This document shows, piece by piece, positions 38,320 to 47,351 of a stretch of 49,638 nucleotides of DNA; position 1 is the first letter of the stretch, and each line of letters begins with the position of its first letter. The stretch is taken from positions 1 to 49,638 of IMG/VR virus record IMGVR_UViG_3300005405_000328; one strand, written 5' to 3'. The translations under genes and the position numbers were made by a program. Under the pieces are notes generated by a model that worked only from the letters and a program-made list of their open reading frames with translations, had not been told where the DNA came from and did not search any database. This stretch comes from a virus. Taxonomy: Duplodnaviria; Caudoviricetes.

Positions 38320-38679
38320 CTATAAGAGATCTTCTAGCTTCACATCAAACTCTACTGATTTCTTTTCCGGTACCGGATCAGCAGTTGCAGATATAACTGC
38401 AGGCTTTTCAATGCCATAGTATTTCAGTACAACATCAAAACCTTCTTCATCGGTAAGCATTGCACGATTATTTTTAGCCTGTTTTCTGGCCACGTTCGCC
38501 ATTTCATCGTAGCTCTTGGTAATCGTCTTACCATCAGCAAGTACCTTTTTCGCTGACTCAGGTGACGATTCCAGATGCTTAAGCAGAAAATTACCAATTA
38601 CCTCAATGGATTTATCATCCTTATTGGCATCTATCTCGGTTTGAAGTTTTTTAATAGCATCATTCAACACACTTTTCAC
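38320..38679 (-). CDS. PcfK-like (AcrIIA9-related family) protein
   Basis: KT.......M...ARK......L.DEE.F..V..YY pattern directly upstream of pcfJ. Confidence 0.55.
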   Translation of the reverse strand: MKSVLNDAIKKLQTEIDANKDDKSIEVIGNFLLKHLESSPESAKKVLADGKTITKSYDEMANVARKQAKNNRAMLTDEEGFDVVLKYYGIEKPAVISATADPVPEKKSVEFDVKLEDLL

Positions 38680-38882
38680 TCCCTCGCATTTTTACCTTTC
38701 TTCTTTGTTTTGGCCTTGGGTAACACCAGCTCTGGCATTTGTACAACAGGTGGTGCCCAGTTTGCATTTCTCTTCCGATTAAACCTTTCCATGCACTCCC
38801 AATAATCTAGACTGCCATCGTGATAGATTGGGGGTCCTTCCCGGGGAACGGTACAAATTGCTTTAAAACTGACAGAGCTCAA
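38676..38882 (-). CDS. small hypothetical protein
   Basis: Overlap-coupled ORF. Confidence 0.45.
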   Translation of the reverse strand: MSSVSFKAICTVPREGPPIYHDGSLDYWECMERFNRKRNANWAPPVVQMPELVLPKAKTKKKGKNARE

Positions 38883-39889
38883 GATCTCACCTCCGGAAAC
38901 TCACTATGTTCCACCCCATCCAGGAGCCGGCCAGCGTTTTTCTTGCCAGACTTAACCATCGGTTGCCCATCGGACCAATCAATAGTTTGTTTCCGATATA
39001 AACGCCCTTTTTCACCAGGCCACCAATCGCCCCAACTCTTGAAAAAGAACGGCACCCCTGCTGCCTGGCATTGATCCCTTAGTGATCTCACCCAGCCCGG
39101 ATGCATCGGTCTGGCGCCTGGGCCAGTCTCTCCGCCGCAGATCAGCCAATCGAGTTTCAATATTTCTTTGTAGCCGGAATAAGATACAATATCGCATCCG
39201 CATTCAGGACATTTGGTATTATCATTATCTGAATATTCCAATTCATCTAAATCGGTAAAATATCTTCTCTGGCATCTTACACATCCACAATCAGCCAGCC
39301 ACTCCCTTAAATCCACCGGCCCCAGCATCGGTTCAATTGATACAAATCTCTTTGCCACTGGTATCTCCAGCAGTATGGGTATCCGCTCATCTGCCCGGGC
39401 TTGGTTCTCGGCGGTAACGCCACACCAGACGTTCTCCATTGGCGTAACATCAGGAATACCAAGAGCGTCTATCACTTCATACCAACCCTGATAAGAACAA
39501 TTTTCATCGTACATGGCTTTTAAGATATATTTCTGCATCCGCTCCGGGCGCTTTGTTAAAACCATAAATGTATGCTGTGAAGCCTTTGCCATAACTGCAA
39601 ATATATAATCCAAGAACTTGTCCGGCACATCCTCATGAAATAAATCTCCCATGCTCTGGACAAAAATCCGTCGCGGCTTTTTCCAGTGCAATGGTTTTTC
39701 AAAGCAGTCAATATATGGATGGAATACCCCGTTAGAACTATCAAAGGGCTGTCCGTTACCAAATCTCTTGTTTAATCGTTCAGCATAACAATTAGCGCAG
39801 CCTTCGCTTATTTTGGTGCAATGGTACCCAAGATCAATTGTGCGGATCGGGTTCCAGGTATCCGTTGCCCACTCAATTTTGGTTGGCAT
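38879..39889 (-). CDS. DUF5131 (phage Gp37/Gp68) family protein
   Basis: TKIEW...TWNP, C.KISEGCANCYA, SMGDLFH, LTKRPER, SIEPMLG, GGETGPGARPM. Confidence 0.9.
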   Translation of the reverse strand: MPTKIEWATDTWNPIRTIDLGYHCTKISEGCANCYAERLNKRFGNGQPFDSSNGVFHPYIDCFEKPLHWKKPRRIFVQSMGDLFHEDVPDKFLDYIFAVMAKASQHTFMVLTKRPERMQKYILKAMYDENCSYQGWYEVIDALGIPDVTPMENVWCGVTAENQARADERIPILLEIPVAKRFVSIEPMLGPVDLREWLADCGCVRCQRRYFTDLDELEYSDNDNTKCPECGCDIVSYSGYKEILKLDWLICGGETGPGARPMHPGWVRSLRDQCQAAGVPFFFKSWGDWWPGEKGRLYRKQTIDWSDGQPMVKSGKKNAGRLLDGVEHSEFPEVRS

Positions 39890-39891
39890 CC

Positions 39892-40110
39892 TTACTCACC
39901 CACTTTCAGCTTCCTTACAAGGGTTTTCTTATCTATCAAAATAGCTCCGTTTCGAAGAGCATTAGACCTTATTTTCCGGCTCAGAATGTCATAATGAGGA
40001 TGCCGGTGCTCCTGAAACCATTCGCGCTTGAGACCGATCCCGGCCGCAAATGAATGTAAATCTTCGATGGATCCGGTGGTGACCAGGTGGACACCATCTG
40101 TGTAAATCAT
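39892..40110 (-). CDS. DUF4031 family protein
   Basis: LHSFAAGIGLKREWFQ....HYD. Confidence 0.8.
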   Translation of the reverse strand: MIYTDGVHLVTTGSIEDLHSFAAGIGLKREWFQEHRHPHYDILSRKIRSNALRNGAILIDKKTLVRKLKVGE

Positions 40111-40523
40111 TAGGACACCCCCAATATTTCAGAGTTATCGTGGATGTTGCCGATAACCTTCATACCATGAAAGGTTGCTTTGGGAGCAATAGACCATTTC
40201 CCGTCTTTACAGGGAGTGCAACATTGGAACTGAGTAAAATTACCAAAACTATGCGGTTGTGTTCCTGTTCCTCCAATTCTCCTTATAACGAATACCTTGC
40301 CAGTTCCGTCTTTGACAATATCGTTTTCATAGGATTCAATTCCATTAATATCAATAAATCCGGTAAACTGACCGATGGTTGTTAGGTCAACCTCAACTTC
40401 ATCACCTTCGCCAATATAACGGCATAATTTAATATACTGTTCGGTATTAGAATATTTAATATAATAACCGTATACCCACTCGCCGTTATTCAACCGCTTG
40501 CCCCTGAATTTAATCTCCTTCAC
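40110..40523 (-). CDS. YopX family protein
   Basis: EIKFRGK...GEWVYG, GQFTG..D.NG...YE.DIV, VIGNIHDN. Confidence 0.88.
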   Translation of the reverse strand: MKEIKFRGKRLNNGEWVYGYYIKYSNTEQYIKLCRYIGEGDEVEVDLTTIGQFTGFIDINGIESYENDIVKDGTGKVFVIRRIGGTGTQPHSFGNFTQFQCCTPCKDGKWSIAPKATFHGMKVIGNIHDNSEILGVS

Positions 40524-41131
40524 TAAGCCACCTCCAACCCTTCCACCGCATCCTGGTCCGGGCCTTCCAGTCCGTCCTCAATAGGCTCCTCCAACTTCCG
40601 GCCGCTTATAACTCCCTTAGAGGTCCAGATCTTAGTGCTGCCTATCGCATAAGGGTCGATGCTGACCATGTATGTAGATTCGTCCCAGTTCCAAAGCCCC
40701 TGCATACCCTTGGCCGGGATGGGCACCTTCAACTGGTGAATGTTATCGAGCACCCATGCGAAACGACCGGGACTATAATCTCCGAAGGCAAGCTCGTTGC
40801 CGGTAATAATCTGCTTATTCTCGAGGTGGGCTGCTGCCGTTATCCCATTTACAGTGGTGCGACCGGCGATCATAACACAATCAACCAGATTACAAATACC
40901 AACTACCTGCCCAAAAGGGAGCTGTCTTAGATGAGGTTCTACCCCATGTCTCATAAGCACAGATGTAAATGGTTCTTCATACCATAATTGTTTAACCCAG
41001 CCCGGTATATTTTTAGAGGCATGAATTAATAAGGGGCCGCGATAAGATGTAAACCACGAACGGGTTTCATTATTCTTTTCTCTCCATGGAACAAACATAG
41101 CCCATGGTTGCCATAACGAGATTACTCTCAT
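40523..41131 (-). CDS. ASCH domain protein
   Basis: SLWQPWA, ETRSW.T.YRGPLLIHA, PIPAKG.QGLW. Confidence 0.85.
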   Translation of the reverse strand: MRVISLWQPWAMFVPWREKNNETRSWFTSYRGPLLIHASKNIPGWVKQLWYEEPFTSVLMRHGVEPHLRQLPFGQVVGICNLVDCVMIAGRTTVNGITAAAHLENKQIITGNELAFGDYSPGRFAWVLDNIHQLKVPIPAKGMQGLWNWDESTYMVSIDPYAIGSTKIWTSKGVISGRKLEEPIEDGLEGPDQDAVEGLEVA

Positions 41132-41841
41132 TACGCCACCCCCTGGGCCATCAGCTCACGCATTAAAGCCATGGCTATAGGATCATGGATGACATCGTTT
41201 ACCTTCCTCTGAGCGCTGCTAAGAATAAATATCTGCCTCTGATAAATCTTTTCAGCCTCAGAGGGTAAAGCCGCAGTTTCATTCATTTCACCGCCGATAA
41301 AATTATTGATATCCGTTTCTTCCAAGAGTGTGGAACTGGGGTCGCCAGACTCGCTTAGCACGGTATTGTCTCCTAAGTTATTGTTGAGCTGGTTCGAATC
41401 GTCTGTACTACCCTGAGTCTGTTTTTGCGCTTCCTCTTTTTTGCCCGCTCTAAGTCCCTTGGCAGGAATAATATCTGCAGCTATTAACCATTTGCGCATA
41501 GTAGAATCTGACACCTTACACGCCAATGATGCATGCCAAATATTATGGCCTGACGTCTCCCAAATGTGTTGTAACTCCTCCATTGATGGAGGGTCTATTT
41601 TTTGTCCCTTCATATCATCCTCTCCTCCTCTAATCGATATAATTGACACCGCACCCTCCCGGGGCTTGTCCGGGTTAATATCATCAAGAAAGAACGAACC
41701 CTTGTATTTACCGAAATCAACTGTCACATGTTTTTCGGTGACCTGAAGTATCCGGCCAGCCCTAGTCTTTACTTTGTTTCGCATATCTTGGATCGTATAT
41801 TCAATTGTCTTGCCAGCAGCCAGGTCGGAAGCTTCGTACAT
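41131..41841 (-). CDS. hypothetical protein with central HTH-like segment
   Basis: 236-aa coupled ORF. Confidence 0.55.
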   Translation of the reverse strand: MYEASDLAAGKTIEYTIQDMRNKVKTRAGRILQVTEKHVTVDFGKYKGSFFLDDINPDKPREGAVSIISIRGGEDDMKGQKIDPPSMEELQHIWETSGHNIWHASLACKVSDSTMRKWLIAADIIPAKGLRAGKKEEAQKQTQGSTDDSNQLNNNLGDNTVLSESGDPSSTLLEETDINNFIGGEMNETAALPSEAEKIYQRQIFILSSAQRKVNDVIHDPIAMALMRELMAQGVA

Positions 41842-41853
41842 ATTTTATCTCCC

Positions 41854-42198
41854 CTAATTTTCTATCCGGACGTTAACGATTCTCCGTCCCCACTGGACCG
41901 CCTGATCGTGACTATCCATGTAAATATCCAACCGGTTGCCCTGAATCGCTCCGCCAGTATCCTCTACTACTCCGGGCCCATAACCTGGTATGTAAATCCT
42001 TGTCCCTGCAGCTAATACATTAGGATCTGCTGCAATGGTTCCCCTTTGCGGCCAGGTACCTGTACTGGTTCTGTTACTTGTCCAGGTATAGGCCGAGACT
42101 TCACAAGTTATCTGCTGGCTTCCTGAACTAATCCCACTTCCCTCGGTACTGTTAATACGTCCCCGGGATGAAGAAACTCCCCCAAGCGGTTTGTCTTT
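41854..42198 (-). CDS. 3D (Asp-Asp-Asp) domain reading frame without a canonical start, not in ORF track
   Basis: CEVSAYT...TSTG.....GTIAADPNVL..GTRIYIPGYG..VVEDTGGAIQGNRLDIYM......QWGRR. Confidence 0.8.
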   Translation of the reverse strand, partial: KDKPLGGVSSSRGRINSTEGSGISSGSQQITCEVSAYTWTSNRTSTGTWPQRGTIAADPNVLAAGTRIYIPGYGPGVVEDTGGAIQGNRLDIYMDSHDQAVQWGRRIVNVRIEN

Positions 42199-42431
42199 TC
42201 AATGTTATGAATAACCTCGCGGGGATCCTGATTAGGGCAATTGGTTTCTGCGATACTCCAAAGGCTATCCCCCTGCTGGACTGTAACCTCTGTTTGGGTG
42301 GTAATGGGTCGTAATTCTTCTTTTATGTGGCAGAATATTGTGAAAAATATAAGGAATGTTAATATTGCCAATAGCGCTGCTATCGTGGCCTTTAGATCAT
42401 CTGACTTTTGCATGGTTGTCCTCCTCTCCAA
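42108..42431 (-). CDS. TM-anchored LysM protein (YneA-like architecture)
   Basis: N-terminal TM, VTVQQGDSLWSIA...N......LHPGDVLTVP. Confidence 0.8.
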   Translation of the reverse strand: MERRTTMQKSDDLKATIAALLAILTFLIFFTIFCHIKEELRPITTQTEVTVQQGDSLWSIAETNCPNQDPREVIHNIEKTNRLGEFLHPGDVLTVPREVGLVQEASR

Positions 42432-42484
42432 TGGATAGATTTGCCAATGTGACTGGGCAAAAAAATTTTGTGAGGTTTTTAAAA

Positions 42485-42973
42485 CTACGTATTAACGCTT
42501 TCTAGCTCTGCTGTAAATCTTTCGTATATGGTAATTGCTTGATCTATGTCTTTAGCAAACCAGATCTCCTCATAAAACGGTTCAATCAAGGCTCGCATTT
42601 TACGTGATTGCTCTTCGGTTGTCTGGCTGCCTTCTTTGATGAATTGATGAATAGGGCTTCCTTCCCGAATATCATCGTAAGAGTTATATCTTTTTGTTGG
42701 TATTTGCGTAAAATCTCTGATTTTTTCTTCATGACCTTTGCGAGAGGTTTTAAGTGCATCTATTTGATGATCTATACTTTGTATAGCTTCCACGTCTGCT
42801 GTTAATCCGAAATGCTCATACGACTGTAGCTTCCTGGTCTTTTCAGCGGTGGATTGCTGGCGGCTTATCTCCTGTAACTTAGAGTTAATCTTATTGGTAA
42901 ACAATTTTATAAACTGCTCAATACGTTTGAAATCCAGGCCGGTATCATTTCTAATAATCTTTACTTCACTCAT
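42485..42973 (-). CDS. hypothetical helical protein
   Basis: GGAGG SD, 162 aa. Confidence 0.6.
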   Translation of the reverse strand: MSEVKIIRNDTGLDFKRIEQFIKLFTNKINSKLQEISRQQSTAEKTRKLQSYEHFGLTADVEAIQSIDHQIDALKTSRKGHEEKIRDFTQIPTKRYNSYDDIREGSPIHQFIKEGSQTTEEQSRKMRALIEPFYEEIWFAKDIDQAITIYERFTAELESVNT

Positions 42974-42985
42974 TTCCGTTACCTC

Positions 42986-43534
42986 CTACCAAATTACGGC
43001 GATGTCGCCGTTATATTCAACTTCTGGCTCGATAACCTGTACAACCCGATAGGTTTCATAATCCCAAAAAAGCAAATGACTTTTCTTGGGATCGAGGAAA
43101 TCTTTAGCGTTAATATCTTCAGTGACTAATTCTAATTTAAGAACAATTACTCCATCCATGGTGCTTTCACAGTCGAAATCTTTGACATAGTCATCAAGGT
43201 ATTTTTCTACATCATCTTTACTTTCGCAGAACTCATTTTCTTCAGAACGATTATTAATTATCAAATACTTCATGGCTTCCTCTCGCTCGTAAGCCAGACG
43301 AGCTTTTTCATCACAAATGGCACAAGTACAATGAGCCAAAATGGACGATAATGTACCATCCAAATATCTATAGCGTTCATGATACTTTAGATCATTGGTA
43401 GAACCGCATTTCTTGCAAACCGGTTCAACGTCAACAACTTGCATCGTAGCTGGCTTTAGCCCGTAAGGCTTTCCAACGCACTCACATATATTATTATCTG
43501 AATAAATTTTCAGGCACTTTGAACAATATTCCAT
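42986..43534 (-). CDS. Cys-rich hypothetical protein
   Basis: Several CxxC pairs; GAGGT SD. Confidence 0.55.
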   Translation of the reverse strand: MEYCSKCLKIYSDNNICECVGKPYGLKPATMQVVDVEPVCKKCGSTNDLKYHERYRYLDGTLSSILAHCTCAICDEKARLAYEREEAMKYLIINNRSEENEFCESKDDVEKYLDDYVKDFDCESTMDGVIVLKLELVTEDINAKDFLDPKKSHLLFWDYETYRVVQVIEPEVEYNGDIAVIW

Positions 43535-43559
43535 TTACCTCACCCTTTCGTTACGTAAC

Positions 43560-43832
43560 TTACTTTGGCCTCAGCTCCCTAAACACCGCTATAATCGGTG
43601 CCATCTTCGCGCTATCAGGTCTGTATTTCTCCTGCCATTCAATGTCCGGTTCTATGAGGTCAAGCAGTCTGGTGATCGCTTCTAAGTTTGTTGGCTCAGC
43701 CTTTGCTTCCAGAGACGCCTGCAGCTGCTCTTCCAAAGTCTTATTTATCTTGAGAAAATTATTAATACTTTGCTCGGTCCTTGCTTGGCATTTATTACAG
43801 GCTTCGCAGGCCACACTGAGCGCTTGGTGCAT
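43560..43832 (-). CDS. small hypothetical protein
   Basis: CxxCxxC then coiled coil. Confidence 0.5.
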   Translation of the reverse strand: MHQALSVACEACNKCQARTEQSINNFLKINKTLEEQLQASLEAKAEPTNLEAITRLLDLIEPDIEWQEKYRPDSAKMAPIIAVFRELRPK

Positions 43833-43850
43833 ATCCGTTCATCCTATCCG

Positions 43851-44145
43851 TGATATACTTTATAAGCTGGGAGGGTGACGGTAGACTGGCCGGCCACATC
43901 CGCCAAACTGCTCCCAGCTAGATTATTCATCAGATATATTTCATCGGCCCCGCCTCATCCGGCCAGTTACCCACTTCATCGGCAAGGGCCTATTGGGTTC
44001 TGTTGATAGAGCGGACCGATCCTGCCCCGGCTACTGGTGAATTGCTCGACCCTTATCATCAGGGACCTGTGATAGGTGTGTGAGTTTGGTATCACCAAGA
44101 CCGTCACTCCGCATGTCATATCGCCACGCTGCCGCCCTGTGCTTG
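43851..44145. ncRNA. candidate structured non-coding/attenuator region
   Basis: About 300-nt GC-rich gap with a long hairpin, long-range complementarities and an extended -10 on +. Confidence 0.45.
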
Positions 44146-44607
44146 CTACCCCTTTATTGCAGGCTGTATAATTTCACCGTTGTACTCTACCGTTAAATCT
44201 TCCGGCGCATTAAATAGGCAAAAGTAAAAATTTCTTAATTCTTCCCGAACGTCATACTCATGGCCCTCTCGGATGCTCTCATAATCCTCTTTGATCTCTT
44301 GATAATCCTCAGTAAGGTCTTTCTTATGTTCTTCTAGCTCGGCCGGTTCCAAATCAAGGTCTTCCACGTTTTGCTGAATATACTGCTCTACAGTCATTCC
44401 GGGTTCGTAGCCTAAGTTATTATCTTTAAGACGCCTTTTAACCTCGGTAATAATCCACTCCTCAGTCTCCTCTTTATAAAGGTCATTCAGGTACCATTCC
44501 ATTTGGCCACGAAGACTATCACCATGATTTTTTTCCCATTTATAATGGGCAGCCATTAATACTGGCCAGACTTTTCTCTCTAATTCATTTTCTAGGATAA
44601 TCCTCAT
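44146..44607 (-). CDS. acidic hypothetical protein
   Basis: GAGGTG SD, 153 aa. Confidence 0.6.
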   Translation of the reverse strand: MRIILENELERKVWPVLMAAHYKWEKNHGDSLRGQMEWYLNDLYKEETEEWIITEVKRRLKDNNLGYEPGMTVEQYIQQNVEDLDLEPAELEEHKKDLTEDYQEIKEDYESIREGHEYDVREELRNFYFCLFNAPEDLTVEYNGEIIQPAIKG

Positions 44608-44635
44608 GTATTTTCCACCTCTCTTATTTTCTTTC

Positions 44636-44710
44636 TTGTCTCTCTAAAGAGATGTGATATAATGAAGTTGCAAATTTATCTAGTCGCTCCGTTTAGGGCG
44701 GCTTTTTCTT
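44636..44710 (+). ncRNA. candidate ~40-nt antisense RNA (OOP-like)
   Basis: TTGTCT-N16-TATAAT with TG extension; terminator with G-U pairs and U-tract valid only on +. Confidence 0.55.
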
Positions 44711-45227
44711 TGTCTAAATCTTCCGTCAGCATCTTAACCAGCTGGATCTCGAATTGATTCTCCCAAACAACCAGCAAACTAAGCTTGGCTCTGATCTCTT
44801 CGATCAGTTCCTTAGCAGCTGCCCGTATTGCAAACCTATCATCATCGGTTAAATCCTCAGGACGTTGCTTATCGATTAGCCTAAACCCCATCTTATCCAA
44901 ATGTTCATCCGCTTCACGGTCTTCCTTAATGGCTTTTTGAAGTATGTTTTGAGGATGCATATCACCTTTTATAGGCCGGAATAAATTATATCCAGTCCCT
45001 TCGAAAGCGACAGCCAGTCCTCCCATTGGATGCATCTTTGATATATTCTGTCTTGCTTCTCTTGGGATCCGACGCTTACCATTAATAGCTGCATATATTG
45101 CATCAACTGAATAATTACTGTCCTGGGCTAAAGATTTGGCTGGTGTATCGCTACTCTCCAGGGCACTCCGGAGCATACCGCCCGTTATGACCATCTCTGC
45201 TACTGCCATTGACATTCTCTCAATCAC
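44676..45227 (-). CDS. phage HTH-like regulatory protein
   Basis: N-terminal HTH-like segment ending I.GKRRIP; early operon. Confidence 0.55.
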   Translation of the reverse strand: MIERMSMAVAEMVITGGMLRSALESSDTPAKSLAQDSNYSVDAIYAAINGKRRIPREARQNISKMHPMGGLAVAFEGTGYNLFRPIKGDMHPQNILQKAIKEDREADEHLDKMGFRLIDKQRPEDLTDDDRFAIRAAAKELIEEIRAKLSLLVVWENQFEIQLVKMLTEDLDKEKAALNGATR

Positions 45228-45401
45228 TACCTTTCTGTCGTAAACACTTGGTTTTACTTGACATATATTGCCTGTATTCTTATATCAGATACATCACTCC
45301 CCTCGCTCTTTGAAAACTGAGCCCGGTTCTGACTCCCCTCGGGGCCGGGTACCCATCCCACCCTCCCCTCTTATGTAGCCGGACTATGCCGGCGAGTATA
45401 A

Positions 45402-45698
45402 TTAATCTTCTTTAGTCCAATCTCTCACTTGCCAGCCACCTGGTGGTTTAGTTGTGGTGCTAGGGTTTGGTTTACGTCCTCTTCTTGGGGCCGGATTGGT
45501 AGCAGCGCTCGATCCTTCGCGGAGGTAATTGCGAATGAATTCCTGTAGATCATCAGCATTAGCTCTCCATCTGCCGCCCAACTTCTTAACTGGCATCGCG
45601 GGATATTTTTTCACATAACTTCTTAATGTATCAATGCGTTTTATCCCGAGGATTGAGCATATCTCTTCAGTTTCAATAAGTGAGTTCATATATTTCAC
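45402..45698 (-). CDS. excisionase-like winged-HTH protein
   Basis: EEICSILG...TLR.Y......P..KLGGRWR...DL..F. Confidence 0.75.
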   Translation of the reverse strand: MKYMNSLIETEEICSILGIKRIDTLRSYVKKYPAMPVKKLGGRWRANADDLQEFIRNYLREGSSAATNPAPRRGRKPNPSTTTKPPGGWQVRDWTKED

Positions 45699-45722
45699 CT
45701 GCTTAAAGCTTTATTTAGAAAA

Positions 45723-45890
45723 CTATAATAAGTTAGCAATTGCCTTCATGGCCTCAAACTCTTCTTGTAACTGTTTTAGGTTTATCCTGCTCCATCGGAG
45801 GTTTGCTTCCTGATCCAGGAGCTCTGCTTCGCTCACAGCAATTTCATGAGGAAGCTTTGAAAGTCTATCAATAACGTGCTGCCTATCCAT
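45723..45890 (-). CDS. small coiled-coil protein
   Basis: AAGGAG SD before MDRQHVIDRL. Confidence 0.5.
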   Translation of the reverse strand: MDRQHVIDRLSKLPHEIAVSEAELLDQEANLRWSRINLKQLQEEFEAMKAIANLL

Positions 45891-45974
45891 TGGCTCATCT
45901 CCTTCCACAATTTAACGTTGTTCGCTACTTCAAGACTGTGGGAAACTGTTTATACATTCGAATAGGTTTGTGGC

Positions 45975-46178
45975 CTATGCACTGACTGAAATTTGATCAT
46001 CTCCGAGAAGTTCGGTTACTGTAATACCTAAAGCCGAAGCTAATTTTTTCACAATTGGTATGGTTGGATTTTTTTTATTAGCCTCCAATTCAGATATATA
46101 AGTTTGAGATACACCAGATTTTTCAGCCAACTTAGTCTGTGACCAGCCTTTTAAGTTGCGTTGTTTTTCTAATTCCAT
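45975..46178 (-). CDS. Cro-like XRE HTH regulator
   Basis: WSQTKLAEKSGVSQTYISELE...NPT; divergent from the repressor. Confidence 0.88.
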   Translation of the reverse strand: MELEKQRNLKGWSQTKLAEKSGVSQTYISELEANKKNPTIPIVKKLASALGITVTELLGDDQISVSA

Positions 46179-46200
46179 GTGATTTCACCTCCATGGAAAT

Positions 46201-46284
46201 ATATTAACGCAAGTGCGTTAATATTGTCAACGCAATTGCGAACTTTTTTATATTATTTTTATACTTTATAATTGCATTAGCGTT
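46201..46284. promoter_or_regulatory. genetic switch: operators AACGCAnnTGCGTT and divergent promoters
   Basis: Palindrome with perfect 11-bp arms at 46201-46224, degenerate copies 46229-46242 and 46271-46284; TTGACA on - (46230-46225); TTGCGA-N18-TATACT on +. Confidence 0.75.
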
Positions 46285-46296
46285 AAAAAGTAAGGA

Positions 46297-46773
46297 GTGA
46301 GCTATTTGGATACAGCAAAGCGCATTATAGAACTGCGCACCCAAAAGGGCTATAGTACAAATCGCCTGGCCAAAATATCTGGCATGGCTCAGTCTACCTT
46401 GCGAGATATAGAAATAGAGGGGAAACAACCAACGATTCCTACTTTAGAACTAATTTGTAAAGGCCTGGGTATTACATTAGCCGACTTTTTTAGTGATGAG
46501 GTTTCTGATGTTCCGGCTCATATAAACGAATTGCTATTATCGGCTCAAAGCCTTACCCCTAATCAAATAGAAACCTTAAACCAGTTTATAAAGGCTATGA
46601 CCGAGGAAGCGGCCGCAAAAGATGGGTTGCACCTAGTCGCTGAGTCAAAGGGGATTTATATTGGGAAAGCGGCGGCTAATAGAGGGACCGATAATCCAAT
46701 GGATGATCTTCCCTCTGAAGCCATTGAGAGTATTGAGAGAGCAAAGAAACAATATTTGGACGAAGATGAATAA
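46297..46773 (+). CDS. CI/ImmR-like repressor (XRE HTH)
   Basis: N-terminal HTH, divergent from Cro-like gene, upstream of ImmA. Confidence 0.85.
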   Translation: MSYLDTAKRIIELRTQKGYSTNRLAKISGMAQSTLRDIEIEGKQPTIPTLELICKGLGITLADFFSDEVSDVPAHINELLLSAQSLTPNQIETLNQFIKAMTEEAAAKDGLHLVAESKGIYIGKAAANRGTDNPMDDLPSEAIESIERAKKQYLDEDE

Positions 46774-46869
46774 ATAAACAGATACCTGGCCTGCTCTTAA
46801 AAGAGCAGGTTTATTAGTTTTAGGGGTAATCGACAAATTAATACTAATTGCAACAAAGAAGGTGATGGT

Positions 46870-47319
46870 TTGCAGCAAATGTTTGAGTTGGCAGATCAAG
46901 AGGGGGTTAATATTCGCTGGTATAATTTCGTTCAGCCAATTAGAGGAATGTATTGGGATCCAATTGTTAAACCCCCAGTAATATTCTTGGATAATACATT
47001 AGCAAAAAACAATAGACTTTTGCGTTGTGTCATGGCCGAAGAACTGGGCCACCATTTTACACTGGATCGGGATTGTTTATACCGTACATATTACAACTAC
47101 CGTGACCGCCTCGATGTTTCGCGAGCTGAATATCGCGCGCTCAGGTGGGCTGCCAAACATCTAATCCCGCAGGAAAAACTAGAAAAGTTAATAAGAAGTG
47201 GGATCGTTCAAAAATGGGAAATAGCTGAAGCTTTTAATGTAGTCGAGGAGCTTATCCCTTATAGGATGGCTATGCCTGATGCAGTTAGAGCTTTGTACGG
47301 GAATGCCAGCTCATATTAA
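46870..47319 (+). CDS. ImmA/IrrE-family metallopeptidase (antirepressor)
   Basis: RCVMAEELGHH, E.RA..WAA..LIP. Confidence 0.85.
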   Translation: MQQMFELADQEGVNIRWYNFVQPIRGMYWDPIVKPPVIFLDNTLAKNNRLLRCVMAEELGHHFTLDRDCLYRTYYNYRDRLDVSRAEYRALRWAAKHLIPQEKLEKLIRSGIVQKWEIAEAFNVVEELIPYRMAMPDAVRALYGNASSY

Positions 47320-47351
47320 ATGTAAATAATAGGAATGTGGAGGGAAGCGTT

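Noticed and set aside
43925-44065. Hammerhead ribozyme (CTGATGA occurs twice on minus)
   Set aside because: No properly placed stem II plus GAAA core and cleavage triplet found
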